A stretch of DNA of 64,000 nucleotides from assembly GCA_001662655.1 (NCBI GenBank), contig KV460208.1. One strand, written 5' to 3'. The notes under the pieces were generated by a model. The model was given only the letters and a program-made list of their open reading frames with translations. It did not search any database and had not been told where the DNA came from. Position 1 is the stretch's first letter; the number at the start of each line of letters is the position of its first letter. Source of the stretch: Pseudogymnoascus verrucosus. Lineage: Eukaryota. The translations under genes and the position numbers were made by a program. This document shows positions 60,922 through 64,000 of this stretch, in pieces.

Positions 60922-61762
60922 CGAGCAATGGACTTGATACTCCGATTTGTTTCCTAGTCTTGGTGTACAACTCTGACTCTACCGCTCACCAGCCAGAATC
61001 TATTAGTAAAAGCGAGAGTTAGTGGCTCTGGTGTCTCCACACGATTTCATGTTCCTCAAGAACATAGTCTCGATAACGAGATTAATAGTACTGGCCGAAA
61101 GCGCAAGTGTGAAACCCGTTGTGAATCCGACCAATATACAAGTGGATGCATCAAATTCTAATAATTCATTTAATACGCAAGGGCTATTGGCGTTAACTCA
61201 CGAGTTGTCCTTCCAATCCGATTCCCTGGAGTCGTGACGTAATGCCTGTCCAGACACCCACACACGACTATATGGGGAACACTAAGTGTGCATGCGGATC
61301 AATCTAAAATTGCTAAATTGATGGTGCTAATCCAGAGATGGAAGGCCTGAGGGACAATTGAAAGGGACCACACGCGGCGGAATACTGTCAGGGGGCGTGC
61401 CCACCTTGTTTTCGCTACTGTCGATCGAGTTGAGTTTATGGGCAACTTTGGAGGGCTTAGTCGCAACATTGCACTATTCAGGAAACTCTTGGGGCCATAG
61501 AAACTGTCAGCGTAGTGCTTAATTCTAACTGATTGAGGTGCGGATGTATGTCAATCAGGAGGTCTCCAAATCCCAAACCCGCTAAGTGATATCTAGAGAG
61601 TAAATTGACCATGAATCTGGAGACGCACAGCTGGCTACTTTTACAGTAGTTTACAAATACCCCTCTCTTCCCATCCACGGAGGATTCTCAGGGTGGATTC
61701 AATTGTTTCTGCAATCTCCCAAAAGTCTATCTTGTACGAAGCGCAACGAACGATTTCCCAAT

Positions 61763-63391
61763 ATGAGCACAGAAAAGTCATCAATCATGCACAGGGAGGA
61801 CTTAGACGATGCAGCTATACATGATGCCGAACAATTGGCAGCAATGGGCCACGCCCAGAGCCTATCGCGCAAGTTTAGCCCTTGGAGCATGCTGGCACTG
61901 TCATTCAGCATTCTCGGTACCTGGGCAACCTTCGCAGTTGACCTCTCGAACGGATTAACGAACGGAGGAGCTATCACGATCCTCTGGGGCCTTTGCCTCG
62001 TGACTTTCTGCAACTTGTGCGTAGCCGTTTCGCTGGCTGAATTGTGCAGCAGCATGCCGACCGCATTGGGGCAAGCATACTGGGTTTCTCGCCTCTGGAC
62101 ATCGCCACTCGGTCGTTTTGTCTCATATTCCTGTGCCTGGATCAATGTATTCGGCTGGTGGACTCTTGCGGCGTCGCAGAATGCGTTTATGACAGACATC
62201 ATTCTCGGCATGAATGTCATGTTAGATGAAAGCTGGACTGAAGGAGACAAAAGATGGTTGAAATTTGTCATATATATTTCAATCACTATAATCATGACAG
62301 TGTCTAATATCGTCGCATGCCGCAGGGATTGGATTCTCCGCTGGTTCAACAACGTTGTTGGTGCTTGGTTCGGAGCGGAGTTCATTATTTTCGCTCTCGC
62401 CATGCTCATCTCAGTGGGCGTCAAATCCGATCTTTCCTTCCAGCCTGCTTCATTTGTCTTCACTCAGTGGATCAACAACACGGGCTGGAGTGATGGCGTT
62501 GTCTGGTTTATAGGCCTCGTCCAGTCAGCCTACGGATTGACGGCTTTCGACTCCGTGATCCACCTGATAGAAGAACTTCCATCCCCTCAGAAGAATGGCC
62601 CGCGGATTATTTGGCTTTCTGTTCTTATAGGCTCGATATCTGGCATGATATTCATGATCGTTTGCCTTTTCTGCATTCAAAGTCTGGAAAAAGTCCTACA
62701 ACCCCCTTCTGGGTTTCCGTTCTTGGAGCTCCTTAAGGAGACCATCGGGCCCAAAGGGGGTTTTGCGCTCATCGTTTTTTTCACAACACAAATGCTCGGG
62801 CAGGCCGTCAGCATGACGACAACCGCCTCTCGTCTAACATGGGGTTTTGCGCGCGATGGCGGCCTCCCCTTTAACAACTACCTGACGCATGTCGACAACT
62901 ACTGGAAAGTTCCGGCACGAGCTCTGTGGTTTCAGGGTGGTATCATTGGCTTAGTAGGCGTCCTATACTTCTTTACAGAGGTCGTCATCCAAGCAGTCGT
63001 GAGCGTCTGCACTATCGCCCTAACAATCTCATACGGGATCCCCATTCTCGCGCTCGTGATGTTCGGGATGGGCGATATCCCGCCTGGAGATTTCACCCTT
63101 GGCCGTCTGCGCCCTGTCGCTAACTGGGTCGGCCTGACATATTGCGGTGTTACAACGGTGTTCTTCTTCTTTCCTAGCTCGCCTAAGCCTACTGCCATCG
63201 GGATGAACTATGCCATTGCGGTGTTTGGAATCATGGTCCTCATTGCGATTAGTTTCTGGTTCATTAAAGGGCAACATACCTATTTGCGGACAGACGGAGC
63301 TTTGGTAGAGATGAACCGTGCTGAGCAACTAGAAGCTCAGAATGGAAGACGAATATATCCAGAGCAAGATCAAGCTTCAAAGATAAGCTAA
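61763..63391 (+). CDS. APC-family amino acid/amine permease (choline/GABA permease, Hnm1/Uga4 type)
   Basis: Intronless, many transmembrane segments, with LSRKFSPWSMLALSF, SLAELCSSMPTALGQAYW, AFDSVIHLIEE, SRLTWGFARDGGLPF and MNYA. Confidence 0.93.
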   Translation: MSTEKSSIMHREDLDDAAIHDAEQLAAMGHAQSLSRKFSPWSMLALSFSILGTWATFAVDLSNGLTNGGAITILWGLCLVTFCNLCVAVSLAELCSSMPTALGQAYWVSRLWTSPLGRFVSYSCAWINVFGWWTLAASQNAFMTDIILGMNVMLDESWTEGDKRWLKFVIYISITIIMTVSNIVACRRDWILRWFNNVVGAWFGAEFIIFALAMLISVGVKSDLSFQPASFVFTQWINNTGWSDGVVWFIGLVQSAYGLTAFDSVIHLIEELPSPQKNGPRIIWLSVLIGSISGMIFMIVCLFCIQSLEKVLQPPSGFPFLELLKETIGPKGGFALIVFFTTQMLGQAVSMTTTASRLTWGFARDGGLPFNNYLTHVDNYWKVPARALWFQGGIIGLVGVLYFFTEVVIQAVVSVCTIALTISYGIPILALVMFGMGDIPPGDFTLGRLRPVANWVGLTYCGVTTVFFFFPSSPKPTAIGMNYAIAVFGIMVLIAISFWFIKGQHTYLRTDGALVEMNRAEQLEAQNGRRIYPEQDQASKIS

Positions 63392-64000
63392 CTGATTTAA
63401 CCAAGAATGATGTACTTAGGCGCTTTATTTATCACTTAGTCTTCAGTACCTTTGCATTGTACACTTTTGGCATTATTGGAATCAGTTATCATACTAAATT
63501 TGAATTTAAATCGATTCGCAGTCTATGATTTCCTTATTGAAAGTAATCTTAGAAAGCTATTACTGTGCGTCCTTGGGTTCAGTAATACTGCATTCACGAT
63601 GCCTCATGGTTCCCCGACACTCTGATACCAGTTTCTCTAGAAACCCCGATACAGCTTCTTTCTTACTCTGCAAGAGCAAACAGAAAGAGTGTCAGGTGTC
63701 CGCATTACAGCTTCCCGGGGTCCTGTCTTTCAGACCCCACTCCCGCCGTACCCCCCTGCCAACTATGTAGGGCCCACTCCTTTCAAAGCTGGGGTTTTTG
63801 TGTCAATAGTGGATACGTAGTTTGGCAATTCGGGAAAGCTGCGCTTGTGCGGTAATGGTGGCATCCGAGACAAGGCTACTAAACTGTTTCAAGCAGCCCG
63901 ATTGCCCAAATTCTTGGGGCTAGTTTATTACGCATGTCCAGCACGGCAAGTCTCCTCCAACAGCCATTCCTTAGACGAGGCGTTCTATTCCTCAGTTCCT

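Overview
A gene-dense stretch of a filamentous ascomycete nuclear genome (short GT-AG introns with CTAAC/CTGAC branch sites; Leotiomycete-like by impression, not verified). Bases 1-52.3 kb hold housekeeping genes: CWC22, DPM2, a BCAS3-like WD40 protein, DUF1295, TOP3, STB3, TMEM205/DUF4149, KU80, CFIm25, YjbQ, an RRM protein, eIF3L, a USP-domain protein, GPR89-like, ECM13-like, PAS kinase and an F-box/LRR protein ending in CaaX. From about 52.3 kb the window looks accessory: a degenerate ~700-bp triplicated unit, an SDR polyol dehydrogenase, a dispersed 5S rRNA gene, two back-to-back damaged gene remnants (a cupin with tandem in-frame TAG TAG and a PAN/Apple-like fragment), and a divergent FAD oxidoreductase/amino-acid permease pair sharing a thrice-repeated ~28-bp motif. 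Gene identities come from recalled motif similarity, and no database search was run. I found no convincing novel multi-gene system. The best leads are the cupin remnant, the spaced repeat and the triplicated unit.
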